Origin: Eledone cirrhosa
Lineage: Eukaryota
Reading direction: 5' to 3'
Length of the DNA stretch: 64,000 nt
Assembly: GCA_964016885.1 (NCBI GenBank)
Contig: OZ024743.1
Coordinates: 132,060,001 to 132,124,000, forward strand
Numbering within the stretch: position 1 is the first letter of the stretch; every line of letters starts with the position of its first letter. This document shows, piece by piece, positions 23,001-35,729 of the stretch. Under the pieces are notes generated by a model, which made no database searches, was not told the DNA's origin, and was given only the letters and a program-made list of their open reading frames with translations. A program made the translations under genes and the position numbers.

Positions 23001-25750
23001 GTGCTTGGTGCTTGGTGTTTGGTGTTTGGTGCTTGGTGTTTGGTGCTTGGTACTTGGTGCTTGGTGCTTGGTGTTAGGTGTTTGGTGCTTGGTGCTTGGT
23101 GTTTGGTTTTTGGTGCTTGGTGCTTGGTGTTTGGTGTTTGGTGCTTGCTGCTGGCTGCTTGGTATTTGGTGCTTGGTGATTGGTGCTTGGTGTTTGGTGC
23201 TTGGTGTTTGGTGTTTGGTACTAGGTGCTTGGTGCTTGGTGTTTGGTGCTTGGTGCTTGGTGTTTGGTGCTTGGTGCTTAGTGTTTGGTGCTAGGTGCTT
23301 GGGGTTTGGTGTTTGGTGCTTGGTGCTTGGTGTTTGGTGCTTGGTGCTTGGTGTTTGGTGTTTGGTGCTTGGTGCTTGGTGTTTGGTGTTTGGTGCTTGG
23401 TGTTTGGTGCTTGGTACTTGGTGCTTGGTGCTTGGTGTTAGGTGTTTGGTGCTTGGTGCTTGGTGTTTGGTTTTTGGTGCTTGGTGCTTGGTGTTTGGTG
23501 TTTGGTGCTTGCTGCTGGCTGCTTGGTGTTTGGTGCTTGGTGATTGGTGCTTGGTGTTTGGTGCTTGGTGTTTGGTGTTTGGTACTAGGTGCTTGGTGCT
23601 TGGTGTTTGGTGCTTGGTGCTTGGTGTTTGGTGCTTGGTGCTTAGTGTTTGGTGCTAGGTGCTTGGGGTTTGGTGTTTGGTGCTTGGTGCTTGGTGTTTT
23701 GTGTTTGGTGTTTGGTTTTTGGTGCTTGGTGCTTGGTGCTTGGTGCTTGGTCCTTGGTGTTTGGTACTTGGTGCTTGGTGTTTGTACTTGGTGCTTGGTG
23801 CTTGGTGTTTGGTGTTTGGTGCTTGGTGTTTGGTGCCTGGTGCTTGGTGCTTGGTGTTTGGTGCTTGGTGTTTGGTGTTTGCTGTTTGGTGTTTGGTGTT
23901 TGGTGTTTGGTGTTTGCTGTTTGGTGTCTGCTTTTTGGTGTTTGGTGTTTGCTGTATGGTGTTTGCTGTTTCGTGTTTGGTGTTTGCTGTTTGGTGTTTG
24001 GTGTTTGCTGTTTGGTGTTTGGTCTTTGGTGCTTGGTGTTTGGTGCTTGGTGCTTGGTGTTTGGTGTTTGGTGCTTCGTGCTTCGTGCTTCGTGTTTGGT
24101 GTTTGGTGCTTGGTGTCTGGAGCTTGGTGTTTGGTGTTTGGTGCTTGGTGTTTGGTGTTTGGTGCTTGGTGCTTGGTGTTTGGTGCTTGGTGCTTGGTGT
24201 TTGTACTTGGTGCTTGGTGCTTGGTGCTTGGTGCTTGGTTCTTGGTGTTTGGTGCTTGGTGTTTGGTGCTTGGTGTTTGGTGCTTGGTGCTTGGTGTTTG
24301 GTGTTTTGTGTTTGGTGCTTGGTGCTTGGTGTTTGGTGCTTGGTGCTTGGTGCTGGGTGGTTGGTATTTGGTGCTTGGTGCTTGGTGTTTGGTGCTTGGT
24401 GCTTGGTGCTTGGTGTTTGGTGCTTGGTGCTTGGTGCTTGGTCTTTGGTGCTTGGTGTTTGGTGTTGGTGCTTGGTGCTTTGTGTTTGGTGCTTGGTGAT
24501 TAGTGTTTGGTGCTTGGTGCTTGGGGTTTGGTGTTTGGTGCTTGGTACTTGGTGTTTGGTGCTTGGTGTTTGGTGTTTGCTGTTTGGTGTTTGGTGTTTG
24601 GTGTTTGCTGTTTGGTGTCTGCTTTTTGGTGTTTGGTGTTTGCTGTATGATGTTTGCTGTTTCGTGTTTGGTGTTTGCTGTTTGGTGTTTGGTGTTTGCT
24701 GTTTGGTGTTTGGTCTTTGGTGCTTGGTGTTTGGTGCTTGGTGCTGGGTGTTTGGTGTTTGGTGCTTGGTGTTTGGTGTTTGGTGCTTGGTGCTTGGTGC
24801 TTGGTGTTTGCTGTTTGGTGTTTGGTGCTTGGTGTCTGGTGCTTGGTGTTTGGTGTTTGGTGTTTGGTGCTTGGTGTTTGGTGTTTGGTGTTTGGTGCTT
24901 GTTGCTTGGTCCTTGGTGCTTGGTGTTTGGTGCTTGGTGCTTGGTGTTTGGTGCTGGGTGCTTGGTGTTTGGTGCTTGGTGCTTGGTGCTTGGTGTTTGG
25001 TGTTTGGTGCTTGGTGCTTGGTGTTTGGTGTTTGGTGTTATATGCTTGGTGTTTGATGCTTGGTGCTTGGTGCTTGGTGTTTGGTGTTTGGTGCTTGGTG
25101 TTTTATGCTTGGTGTTTGATGTTTGGTGCTTGGTGCTTGGTGTTTGGTGCTTGGTGCTTGGTGTTTATACTTGGTGCTTGGTGCTTGGTTCTTGGTGTTT
25201 GGTGCTTGGTGCTTGGTGCTTGGTGCTTGGTGTTTGGTGCTTGGTGTTTGGTGCTTGGTGCCTGGTGCTTGGTGCTTGGTGCTTGGTGTTTGGTGCTTGG
25301 TGTTTGGTGCTTGGTATTAGGTATTTGGTGCTTGGTGCTTGGTGTTTGGTGTTTGGTGCTTGGTGTTTGGTGCTTGGTGCTTGGTGTTTGGTGTTTGGTG
25401 CTTGGTGTTTGGTGCTTGGTACTTGGTGCTTGGTGCTTGGTGTTAGGTGTTTGGTGCTTGGTGCTTGGTGTTTGGTTTTTGGTGCTTGGTGCTTGGTGTT
25501 TGGTGTTTGGTGCTTGCTGCTGGCTGCTTGGTGTTTGGTGCTTGGTGATTGGTGCTTGGTGTTTGGTGCTTGGTGTTTGGTGTTTGGTACTAGGTGCTTG
25601 GTGCTTGGTGTTTGGTGCTTGGTGCTTGGTGTTTGGTGCTTGGTGCTTAGTGTTTGGTGCTAGGTGCTTGGGGTTTGGTGTTTGGTGCTTGGTGCTTGGT
25701 GTTTGGTGCTTGGTGCTTGGTGTTTGGTGTTTGGTGCTTGGTGCTTGGTG
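20024..25750 (+). repeat. Overlapping duplications with offsets 2110 and 2369, plus a local 364-bp duplication
   Basis: 2110: 20024/22134, 20644/22754. 2369: 22134/24503, 22754/25123, 23285/25654. 364: 23285/23649. The triple TTCGTGY run at ~21706 and ~24075 is also offset by 2369. Confidence 0.85.
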
Positions 25751-26659
25751 TTTGGTGTTTGCTGTTTGCTGTTTGGTGTTTGTTGTTTGGTGTTTGTTGT
25801 TTGGTGTTTGCTGTTTGGTGTTTGGTGTTTGCTGTTTGCTGTTTGGTGTCTGCTTTTTGGTGTTTGGTGTTTGCTGTATGTTATTTGCTGTTTGGTGTTT
25901 GGTGTTTGGTGTTTGGTGCTTGGTGCTTGGTGTTTGGTGCTTGGTGCTTGGTGTTTGGTGCCTGGTGCTTGGTGCTTGGTGTTTGGTGTTTGGTGCTTGG
26001 AGTTTGGTGTTTGGTGCTTGGTGCTTGGTGTTTTGTGTTTGGTGTTTGGTTTTTGGTGCTTGGTGCTTGGTGCTTGGTGCTTGGTCCTTGGTGTTTGGTG
26101 CTTGGTGCTTGGTGTTTGTACTTGGTGCTTGGTGTTTGGTTCTTGGTTCTTGGTGTTTGGTACTTGGTGCTTGGTGCTTGGTGCTTGGTGTTTGGTGTTT
26201 GGTGCTTGGTGCTTGGTGTTTGGTGCTTGGTGTTTGGTGTTTGCTGTTTGGTGTTTGGTGTTTGGTGTTTGGTGTTTGTTGTTTGGTGTCTGCTTTTTGG
26301 TGTTTGGTGTTTGCTGTATGGTGTTTGCTGTTTCGTGTTTGGTGTTTGCTGTTTGGTGTTTGGTGTTTGCTGTTTGGTGTTTGGTCTTTGGTGCTTGGTG
26401 TTTGGTGCTTGGTGCTTGGTGTTTGGTGTTTGGTGCTTGGTGCTTGGTGCTTCGTGTTTGGTGTTTGGTGCTTGGTGTCTGGAGCTTGGTGTTTGGTGTT
26501 TGGTGCTTGGTGTTTGGTGTTTGGTGCTTGGTGCTTGGTGTTTGATGCTTGGTGCTTGGTGTTTGTACTTGGTGCTTGGTGCTTGGTGTTTGGTGCTTGG
26601 TTCTTGGTGTTTGGTGCTTGGTGTTTGGTGCTTGTTGCTTGGTGTTTGGTGCTAGGTGC

Positions 26660-29600
26660 TTGGTGCTTGGTGCTTGGTGTTAGGTGTTTGGTGCTTGGTG
26701 CTTGGTGTTTGGTGTTTGGTTCTTGGTGCTTGGTATTTGGTGCTTGGTGCTTGCTGCTTGGTGTTTGGTGCTTGGTGATTGATGCTTGGTGTTTGGTGCT
26801 TGGTGCTTGGTGTTTGGTTTTTGGTGCTAGGTGCTTGGTGCTTGGTGTTTGGTGCTTGGTGTTTGGTGTTTGGTGCTTGGTGCTTGGTGTTTGGTACTTG
26901 GTGCTTGGTGCTTGGTGTTTGGTGCTTGGTGCTTGGTGTTTGGTGTTTGGTGTTTGGTGCTTGGTGCTTGGTGTTTGGTGCTTGGTGCTTGGTGCTGGGT
27001 GGTTGGTGTTTGGTGCTTGGTGCTTGGTGTTTGGTGCTAGGTGCATGGTGCTTGGTGTTTGGTGCTTGGTGCTTGGTGATTGGTCTTTGGTGTTTGGTGT
27101 TTAGTGCTTGGTGCTTGGTGCTTGGTGTTTGGTGCTTGGTCCTTGGTGTTTGGTGCTTGGTGCTTGGTGTTTGGTGTTTGGTGCTTGGTGCTTGGTGCTT
27201 CGTGTTTGGTGTTTGGTGTTGGTGTCTGGAGCTTGGTGTTTGGTGTTTGGTGCTTGGTGTTTGGTGTTTGGTGCTTGGTGCTTGGTGTTTGGTGCTTGGT
27301 GCTTGGTGTTTGTACTTGGTGCTTGGTGCTTGGTGTTTGGTGCTTGGTTCTTGGTGTTTGGTGCTTGGTGTTTGGAGCTTGGTGCTTGGTGTTTGGTGCT
27401 TGGTGCTTGGTGTTTGTACTTGGTGCTTGGTGCTTGCTGTTTGGTGCTTGGTTCTTGGTGTTTGGTGCTTGGTGTTTGGAGCTTGGTGCTTGGTGTTTGG
27501 TGCTTGGTGCTTGGTGTTTGGTGTTTGGTGCCTGGTGCTTGGTGTTTGGTGTTTGGTGCTTGGTGTTTGGTGTTTGGTGCTTGGTGCTTGGTGTTTGTTG
27601 CTTGGTACTTGGTGCATGGTGTTTGGTGCTGGGTGCTTGGTGTTTGGTGCTTGGTGTTTGGTGCTTGGTGCTTGGTGTTTGGTGTTTGGTGTTTGATGCT
27701 TGGTGTTTTATGCTTGGTGCTTGGTGCTTGGTGCTTGGTGTTTGGTGCTTGGTGCTTGGTGTTTGGTGCTGGGTGCTTGGTGTTTGGTGCTTGGTGCTTG
27801 GTGCTTGGTGTTTGGTGTTTGGTGCTTGGTGCTTGGTGTTTGGTGTTTGGTGTTATATGCTTGGTGTTTGATGCTTGGTGCTTGGTGCTTGGTGTTTGGT
27901 GTTTGGTGCTTGGTGTTTTATGCTTGGTGTTTGATGTTTGGTGCTTGGTGCTTGGTGTTTGGTGCTTGGTGCTTGGTGTTTATACTTGGTGCTTGGTGCT
28001 TGGTTCTTGGTGTTTGGTGCTTGGTGCTTGGTGCTTGGTGCTTGGTGTTTGGTGCTTGGTGTTTGGTGCTTGGTGCCTGGTGCTTGGTGCTTGGTGCTTG
28101 GTGTTTGGTGCTTGGTGTTTGGTGCTTGGTATTAGGTATTTGGTGCTTGGTGCTTGGTGTTTGGTGTTTGGTGCTTGGTGTTTGGTGCTTGGTGCTTGGT
28201 GTTTGGTGTTTGGTGCTTGGTGTTTGGTGCTTGGTACTTGGTGCTTGGTGCTTGGTGTTAGGTGTTTGGTGCTTGGTGCTTGGTGTTTGGTTTTTGGTGC
28301 TTGGTGCTTGGTGTTTGGTGTTTGGTGCTTGCTGCTGGCTGCTTGGTGTTTGGTGCTTGGTGATTGGTGCTTGGTGTTTGGTGCTTGTTGTTTGGTGTTT
28401 GCTGTTTGGTGTTTGGTGTTTGGTGTTTGCTGTTTGGTGTCTGCTTTTTGGTGTTTGGTGTTTGCTGTATGTTATTTGCTGTTTGGTGTTTGGTGTTTGG
28501 TGTTTGGTGCATGGTGCTTGGTGTTTGGTGCTTGGTGCTTGGTGTTTGGTGCCTGGTGCTTGGTGCTTGGTGTTTGGTGTTTGGTGCTTGGAGTTTGGTG
28601 TTTGGTGCTTGGTGCTTGGTGTTTTGTGTTTGGTGTTTGGTTTTTGGTGCTTGGTGCTTGGTGCTTGGTGCTTGGTCCTTGGTGTTTGGTACTTGGTGCT
28701 TGGTGTTTGTACTTGGTGCTTGGTGCTTGGTGTTTGGTGTTTGGTGCTTGGTGTTTGGTGCCTGGTGCTTGGTGCTTGGTGTTTGGTGCTTGGTGTTTGG
28801 TGTTTGCTGTTTGGTGTTTGGTGTTTGGTGTTTGGTGTTTGCTGTTTGGTGTCTGCTTTTTGGTGTTTGGTGTTTGCTGTATGGTGTTTGCTGTTTCGTG
28901 TTTGGTGTTTGCTGTTTGGTGTTTGGTGTTTGCTGTTTGGTGTTTGGTCTTTGGTGCTTGGTGTATGGTGCTTGGTGCTTGGTGTTTGGTGTTTGGTGCT
29001 TGGTGCTTCGTGCTTCGTGTTTGGTGTTTGGTGCTTGGTGTCTGGAGCTTGGTGTTTGGTGTTTGGTGCTTGGTGTTTGGTGTTTGGTGCTTGGTGCTTG
29101 GTGTTTGGTGCTTGGTGCTTGGTGTTTGTACTTGGTGCTTGGTGCTTGGTGCTTGGTGCTTGGTTCTTGGTGTTTGGTGCTTGGTGTTTGGTGCTTGGTG
29201 TTTGGTGCTTGGTGCTTGGTGTTTGGTGTTTTGTGTTTGGTGCTTGGTGCTTGGTGTTTGGTGCTTGGTGCTTGGTGCTGGGTGGTTGGTATTTGGTGCT
29301 TGGTGCTTGATGTTTGGTGCTTGGTGCTTGGTGCTTGGTGTTTGGTGCTTGGTGCTTGGTGCTTGGTGCTTGGTGCTTGGTGTTAGGTGTTTGGTGCTTG
29401 GTGCTTGGTGTTTGGTGTTTGGTTCTTGGTGCTTGGTATTTGGTGCTTGGTGCTTGCTGCTTGGTGTTTGGTGCTTGGTGATTGATGCTTGGTGTTTGGT
29501 GCTTGGTGCTTGGTGTTTGGTTTTTGGTGCTAGGTGCTTGGTGCTTGGTGTTTGCTGCTTGGTGTTTGGTGTTTGGTGCTTGGTGCTTGGTGTTTGGTAC

Positions 29601-32070
29601 TTGGTGCTTGGTGCTTGGTGTTTGGTGCTTGGTGCTTGGTGTTTGGTGTTTGGTGTTTGGTGCTTGGTGCTTGGTGTTTGGTGCTTGGTGCTTGGTGCTG
29701 GGTGGTTGGTGTTTGGTGCTTGGTGCTTGGTGTTTGGTGCTAGGTGCATGGTGCTTGGTGTTTGGTGCTTGGTGCTTGGTGATTGGTCTTTGGTGTTTGG
29801 TGTTTAGTGCTTGGTGCTTGGTGCTTGGTGTTTGGTGCTTGGTCCTTGGTGTTTGGTGCTTGGTGCTTGGTGTTTGGTGTTTGGTGCTTGGTGCTTGGTG
29901 CTTCGTGTTTGGTGTTTGGTGTTGGTGTCTGAGCTTGGTGTTTGGTGTTTGGTGCTTGGTGTTTGGTGTTTGGTGCTTGGTGCTTGGTGTTTGGTGCTTG
30001 GTGCTTGGTGTTTGTACTTGGTGCTTGGTGCTTGGTGTTTGGTGCTTGGTTCTTGGTGTTTGGTGCTTGGTGTTTGGAGCTTGGTGCTTGGTGTTTGGTG
30101 CTTGGTGCTTGGTGTTTGTACTTGGTGCTTGGTGCTTGCTGTTTGGTGCTTGGTTCTTGGTGTTTGGTGCTTGGTGTTTGGAGCTTGGTGCTTGGTGTTT
30201 GGTGCTTGGTGCTTGGTGTTTGGTGTTTGGTGCCTGGTGCTTGGTGTTTGGTGTTTGGTGCTTGGTGTTTGGTGTTTGGTGCTTGGTGCTTGGTGTTTGT
30301 TGCTTGGTACTTGGTGCATGGTGTTTGGTGCTGGGTGCTTGGTGTTTGGTGCTTGGTGTTTGGTGCTTGGTGCTTGGTGTTTGGTGTTTGGTGTTTGATG
30401 CTTGGTGTTTTATGCTTGGTGCTTGGTGCTTGGTGCTTGGTGTTTGGTGCTTGGTGCTTGGTGTTTGGTGCTGGGTGCTTGGTGTTTGGTGCTTGGTGCT
30501 TGGTGCTTGGTGTTTGGTGTTTGGTGCTTGGTGCTTGGTGTTTGGTGTTTGGTGTTATATGCTTGGTGTTTGATGCTTGGTGCTTGGTGCTTGGTGTTTG
30601 GTGTTTGGTGCTTGGTGTTTTATGCTTGGTGTTTGATGTTTGGTGCTTGGTGCTTGGTGTTTGGTGCTTGGTGCTTGGTGTTTATACTTGGTGCTTGGTG
30701 CTTGGTTCTTGGTGTTTGGTGCTTGGTGCTTGGTGCTTGGTGCTTGGTGTTTGGTGCTTGGTGTTTGGTGCTTGGTGCCTGGTGCTTGGTGCTTGGTGCT
30801 TGGTGTTTGGTGCTTGGTGTTTGGTGCTTGGTATTAGGTATTTGGTGCTTGGTGCTTGGTGTTTGGTGTTTGGTGCTTGGTGTTTGGTGCTTGGTGCTTG
30901 GTGTTTGGTGTTTGGTGCTTGGTGTTTGGTGCTTGGTACTTGGTGCTTGGTGCTTGGTGTTAGGTGTTTGGTGCTTGGTGCTTGGTGTTTGGTTTTTGGT
31001 GCTTGGTGCTTGGTGTTTGGTGTTTGGTGCTTGCTGCTGGCTGCTTGGTGTTTGGTGCTTGGTGATTGGTGCTTGGTGTTTGGTGCTTGGTGTTTGGTGT
31101 TTGCTGTTTGGTGTTTGGTGTTTGGTGTTTGCTGTTTGGTGTCTGCTTTTTGGTGTTTGGTGTTTGCTGTATGTTATTTGCTGTTTGGTGTTTGGTGTTT
31201 GGTGTTTGGTGCATGGTGCTTGGTGTTTGGTGCTTGGTGCTTGGTGTTTGGTGCCTGGTGCTTGGTGCTTGGTGTTTGGTGTTTGGTGCTTGGAGTTTGG
31301 TGTTTGGTGCTTGGTGCTTGGTGTTTTGTGTTTGGTGTTTGGTTTTTGGTGCTTGGTGCTTGGTGCTTGGTGCTTGGTCCTTGGTGTTTGGTACTTGGTG
31401 CTTGGTGTTTGTACTTGGTGCTTGGTGCTTGGTGTTTGGTGTTTGGTGCTTGGTGTTTGGTGCCTGGTGCTTGGTGCTTGGTGTTTGGTGCTTGGTGTTT
31501 GGTGTTTGCTGTTTGGTGTTTGGTGTTTGGTGTTTGGTGTTTGCTGTTTGGTGTCTGCTTTTTGGTGTTTGGTGTTTGCTGTATGGTGTTTGCTGTTTCG
31601 TGTTTGGTGTTTGCTGTTTGGTGTTTGGTGTTTGCTGTTTGGTGTTTGGTCTTTGGTGCTTGGTGTATGGTGCTTGGTGCTTGGTGTTTGGTGTTTGGTG
31701 CTTGGTGCTTCGTGCTTCGTGTTTGGTGTTTGGTGCTTGGTGTCTGGAGCTTGGTGTTTGGTGTTTGGTGCTTGGTGTTTGGTGTTTGGTGCTTGGTGCT
31801 TGGTGTTTGGTGCTTGGTGCTTGGTGTTTGTACTTGGTGCTTGGTGCTTGGTGCTTGGTGCTTGGTTCTTGGTGTTTGGTGCTTGGTGTTTGGTGCTTGG
31901 TGTTTGGTGCTTGGTGCTTGGTGTTTGGTGTTTTGTGTTTGGTGCTTGGTGCTTGGTGTTTGGTGCTTGGTGCTTGGTGCTGGGTGGTTGGTATTTGGTG
32001 CTTGGTGCTTGATGTTTGGTGCTTGGTGCTTGGTGCTTGGTGTTTGGTGCTTGGTGCTTGGTGCTTGGTC
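26660..32070 (+). repeat. Near-perfect head-to-tail duplication of about 2.70 kb
   Basis: The offset is 2703 (26779/29482) and becomes 2702 (27700/30402, 27938/30640, 28364/31066) after a 1-bp deletion (CTGGAGC at ~27226 versus CTGAGC at ~29929). Confidence 0.9.
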
Positions 32071-34750
32071 TTTGGTGCTTGGTGTTTGGTGTTGGTGCTT
32101 GGTGCTTTGTGTTTGGTGCTTGGTGATTAGTGTTTGGTGCTTGGTGCTTGGGGTTTGGTGTTTGGTGCTTGGTACTTGGTGTTTGGTGCTTGGTGTTTGG
32201 TGTTTGCTGTTTGGTGTTTGGTGTTTGGTGTTTGCTGTTTGGTGTCTGCTTTTTGGTGTTTGGTGTTTGCTGTATGATGTTTGCTGTTTCGTGTTTGGTG
32301 TTTGCTGTTTGGTGTTTGGTGTTTGCTGTTTGGTGTTTGGTCTTTGGTGCTTGGTGTTTGGTGCTTGGTGCTGGGTGTTTGGTGTTTGGTGCTTGGTGTT
32401 TGGTGTTTGGTGCTTGGTGCTTGGTGCTTGGTGTTTGCTGTTTGGTGTTTGGTGCTTGGTGTCTGGTGCTTGGTGTTTGGAGTTTGGTGTTTGGTGCTTG
32501 GTGTTTGGTGTTTGGTGTTTGGTGCTTGTTGCTTGGTGCTTGGTGCTTGGTGTTTGGTGCTTGGTGCTTGGTGTTTGGTGCTGGGTGCTTGGTGTTTGGT
32601 GCTTGGTGCTTGGTGCTTGGTGTTTGGTGTTTGGTGCTTGGTGCTTGGTGTTTGGTGTTTGGTGTTATATGCTTGGTGTTTGATGCTTGGTGCTTGGTGC
32701 TTGGTGTTTGGTGTTTGGTGCTTGGTGTGTTATGCTTGGTGTTTGATGTTTGGTGCTTGGTGCTTGGTGTTTGGTGCTTGGTGCTTGGTGTTTATACTTG
32801 GTGCTTGGTGCTTGGTTCTTGGTGTTTGGTGCTTGGTGCTTTGTGCTTGGTGCTTGGTGTTTGGTGCTTGGTGTTTGGTGCTTGGTGCCTGGTGCTTGGT
32901 GCTTGGTGCTTGGTGTTTGGTGCTTGGTGTTTGGTGCTTGGTATTAGGTATTTGGTGCTTGGTGCTTGGTGTTTGGTGTTTGGTGCTTGGTGTTTGGTGC
33001 TTGGTGCTTGGTGTTTGGTGTTTGGTGCTTGGTGTTTGGTGCTTGGTACTTGGTGCTTGGTGCTTGGTGTTTGGTGTTTGGTTTTTGGTGCTTGGTGCTT
33101 GGTGCTTGGTGCTTGGTCCTTGGTGTTTGGTACTTGGTGCTTGGTGTTTGTACTTGGTGCTTGGTGCTTGGTGTTTGGTGTTTGGTGCTTGGTGTTTGGT
33201 GCCTGGTGCTTGGTGCTTGGTGTTTGGTGCTTGGTGTTTGGTGTTTGCTGTTTGGTGTTTGGAGTTTGGTGTTTGGTGTTTGCTGTTTCGTGTTTGGTGT
33301 TTGCTGTTTGGTGTTTGGTGTTTGCTGTTTGGTGTTTGGTCTTTGGTGCTTGGTGTATGGTGCTTGGTGCTTGGTGTTTGGTGTTTGGTGCTTGGTGCTT
33401 CGTGCTTCGTGTTTGGTGTTTGGTGCTTGGTGTCTGGAGCTTGGTGTTTGGTGTTTGGTGCTTGGTGTTTGGTGTTTGGTGCTTGGTGCTTGGTGTTTGG
33501 TGCTTGGTGCTTGGTGTTTGTATTTGGTGCTTGGTGCTTGGTGCTTGGTGCTTGGTTCTTGGTGTTTGGTGCTTGGTGTTTGGTGCTTGGTGTTTGGTGC
33601 TTGGTGCTTGGTGTTTGGTGTTTTGTGTTTGGTGCTTGGTGCTTGGTGTTTGGTGCTTGGTGCTTGGTGCTGGGTGGTTGGTATTTGGTGCTTGGTGCTT
33701 GATGTTTGGTGCTTGGTGCTTGGTGCTTGGTGTTTGGTGCTTGGTGCTTGGTGCTTGGTCTTTGGTGCTTGGTGTTTGGTGTTGGTGCTTGGTGCTTTGT
33801 GTTTGGTGCTTGGTGATTAGTGTTTGGTGCTTGGTGCTTGGGGTTTGGTGTTTGGTGCTTGGTACTTGGTGTTTGGTGCTTGGTGTTTGGTGTTTGCTGT
33901 TTGGTGTTTGGTGTTTGGTGTTTGCTGTTTGGTGTCTGCTTTTTGGTGTTTGGTGTTTGCTGTATGATGTTTGCTGTTTCGTGTTTGGTGTTTGCTGTTT
34001 GGTGTTTGGTGTTTGCTGTTTGGTGTTTGGTCTTTGGTGCTTGGTGTTTGGTGCTTGGTGCTGGGTGTTTGGTGTTTGGTGCTTGGTGTTTGGTGTTTGG
34101 TGCTTGGTGCTTGGTGCTTGGTGTTTGCTGTTTGGTGTTTGGTGCTTGGTGTCTGGTGCTTGGTGTTTGGTGTTTGGTGTTTGGTGCTTGGTGTTTGGTG
34201 TTTGGTGTTTGGTGCTTGTTGCTTGGTGCTTGGTGCTTGGTGTTTGGTGCTTGGTGCTTGGTGTTTGGTGCTGGGTGCTTGGTGTTTGGTGCTTGGTGCT
34301 TGGTGCTTGGTGTTTGGTGTTTGGTGCTTGGTGCTTGGTGTTTGGTGTTTGGTGTTATATGCTTGGTGTTTGATGCTTGGTGCTTGGTGCTTGGTGTTTG
34401 GTGTTTGGTGCTTGGTGTGTTATGCTTGGTGTTTGATGTTTGGTGCTTGGTGCTTGGTGTTTGGTGCTTGGTGCTTGGTGTTTATACTTGGTGCTTGGTG
34501 CTTGGTTCTTGGTGTTTGGTGCTTGGTGCTTGGTGCTTGGTGCTTGGTGTTTGGTGCTTGGTGTTTGGTGCTTGGTGCCTGGTGCTTAGTGCTTGGTGCT
34601 TGGTGTTTGGTGCTTGGTGTTTGGTGCTTGGTATTAGGTATTTGGTGCTTGGTGCTTGGTGTTTGGTGTTTGGTGCTTGGTGTTTGGTGCTTGGTGCTTG
34701 GTGTTTTGTGTTTGGTGCTTGGTGTTTGGTGCTTGGTACTTGGTGCTTGG
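31590..34750 (+). repeat. Duplication with offset 1690
   Basis: ORF pairs 32130/33820 and 32281/33971. The private variant GTGTGTTATGC occurs at ~32725 and ~34415. Confidence 0.87.
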
Positions 34751-35729
34751 TGCTTGGTGTTAGGTGTTTGGTGCTTGGTGCTTGGTGTTTGGTTTTTGGT
34801 GCTTGGTGCTTGGTGTTTGGTGTTTGGTGCTTGCTGCTGGCTGCTTGGTGTTTGGTGCTTGGTGATTGGTGCTTGGTGTTTGGTGCTTGGTGTTTGGTGT
34901 TTGGTACTAGGTGCTTGGTGCTTGGTGTTTGGTGCTTGGTGCTTGGTGTTTGGTGTTTGGTGCTTGGTGTTTGGTGCTTGGTGCTGGGTTCTGGGTGGTT
35001 GGTCTTTGGTGCTTGGTGTTTGGTGCTGGGTGCTTGGTGTTTGGTGCTTGGTGCTTGGTCTTTGGTGTTTGGTGTTTGGTGTTTGGTGTTTGGTGCTTGG
35101 TGCTTGGTGCTTGGTGTTTGGTGCTTGGTGCTTGGTGTTTGGTGCTTGGTGCTTAGTGTTTGGTGCTAGGTACTTGGGGCTTGGTGTTTGGTGCTTGGTG
35201 CTTGGTGTTTGGTGCTTGGTGCTTGGTGTTTGGTGTTTGGTGCTTGGTGCTTGGTGTTTGGTGTTTGCTGTTTGCTGTTTGGTGTTTGTTGTTTGGTGTT
35301 TGTTGTTTGGTGTTTGCTGTTTGGTGTTTGGTGTTTGGTGTTTGCTGTTTGGTGTCTGCTTTTTGGTGTTTGGTGTTTGCTGTATGTTATTTGCTGTTTG
35401 GTGTTTGGTGTTTGGTGTTTGGTGCTTGGTGCTAGGTGTTTGGTGCTTGGTGCTTGGTGTTTGGTGCCTGGTGCTTGGTGCTTGGTGTTTGGTGTTTGGT
35501 GCTTGGAGTTTGGTGTTTGGTGCTTGGTGCTTGGTGTTTTGTGTTTGGTGTCTGGTTTTTGGTGCTTGGTGCTTGGTGCTTGGTGCTTGGTCCTTGGTGT
35601 TTGGTGCTTGGTGCTTGGTGTTTGTACTTGGTGCTTGGTGCTTGGTGCTTGGTGTTTGGTGTTTGGTGCTTGGTGCTTGGTGTTTGGTGCTTGGTGTTTG
35701 GTGTTTGCTGTTTGGTGTTTGGTGTTTGG

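Noticed and set aside
25103-27046. Minus-strand ORFs (e.g. 647 aa here, 452 aa at 1817-3175) with TKHQAPS/TKHQTPN heptads, resembling mucin-like or Pol II CTD-like repeats
   Set aside because: The minus strand is nearly T-free, so stops are rare by composition. The ATG starts come from a recurrent GCAT variant unit. There is no unique domain, signal peptide or frame preference, and the heptad does not match YSPTSPS.
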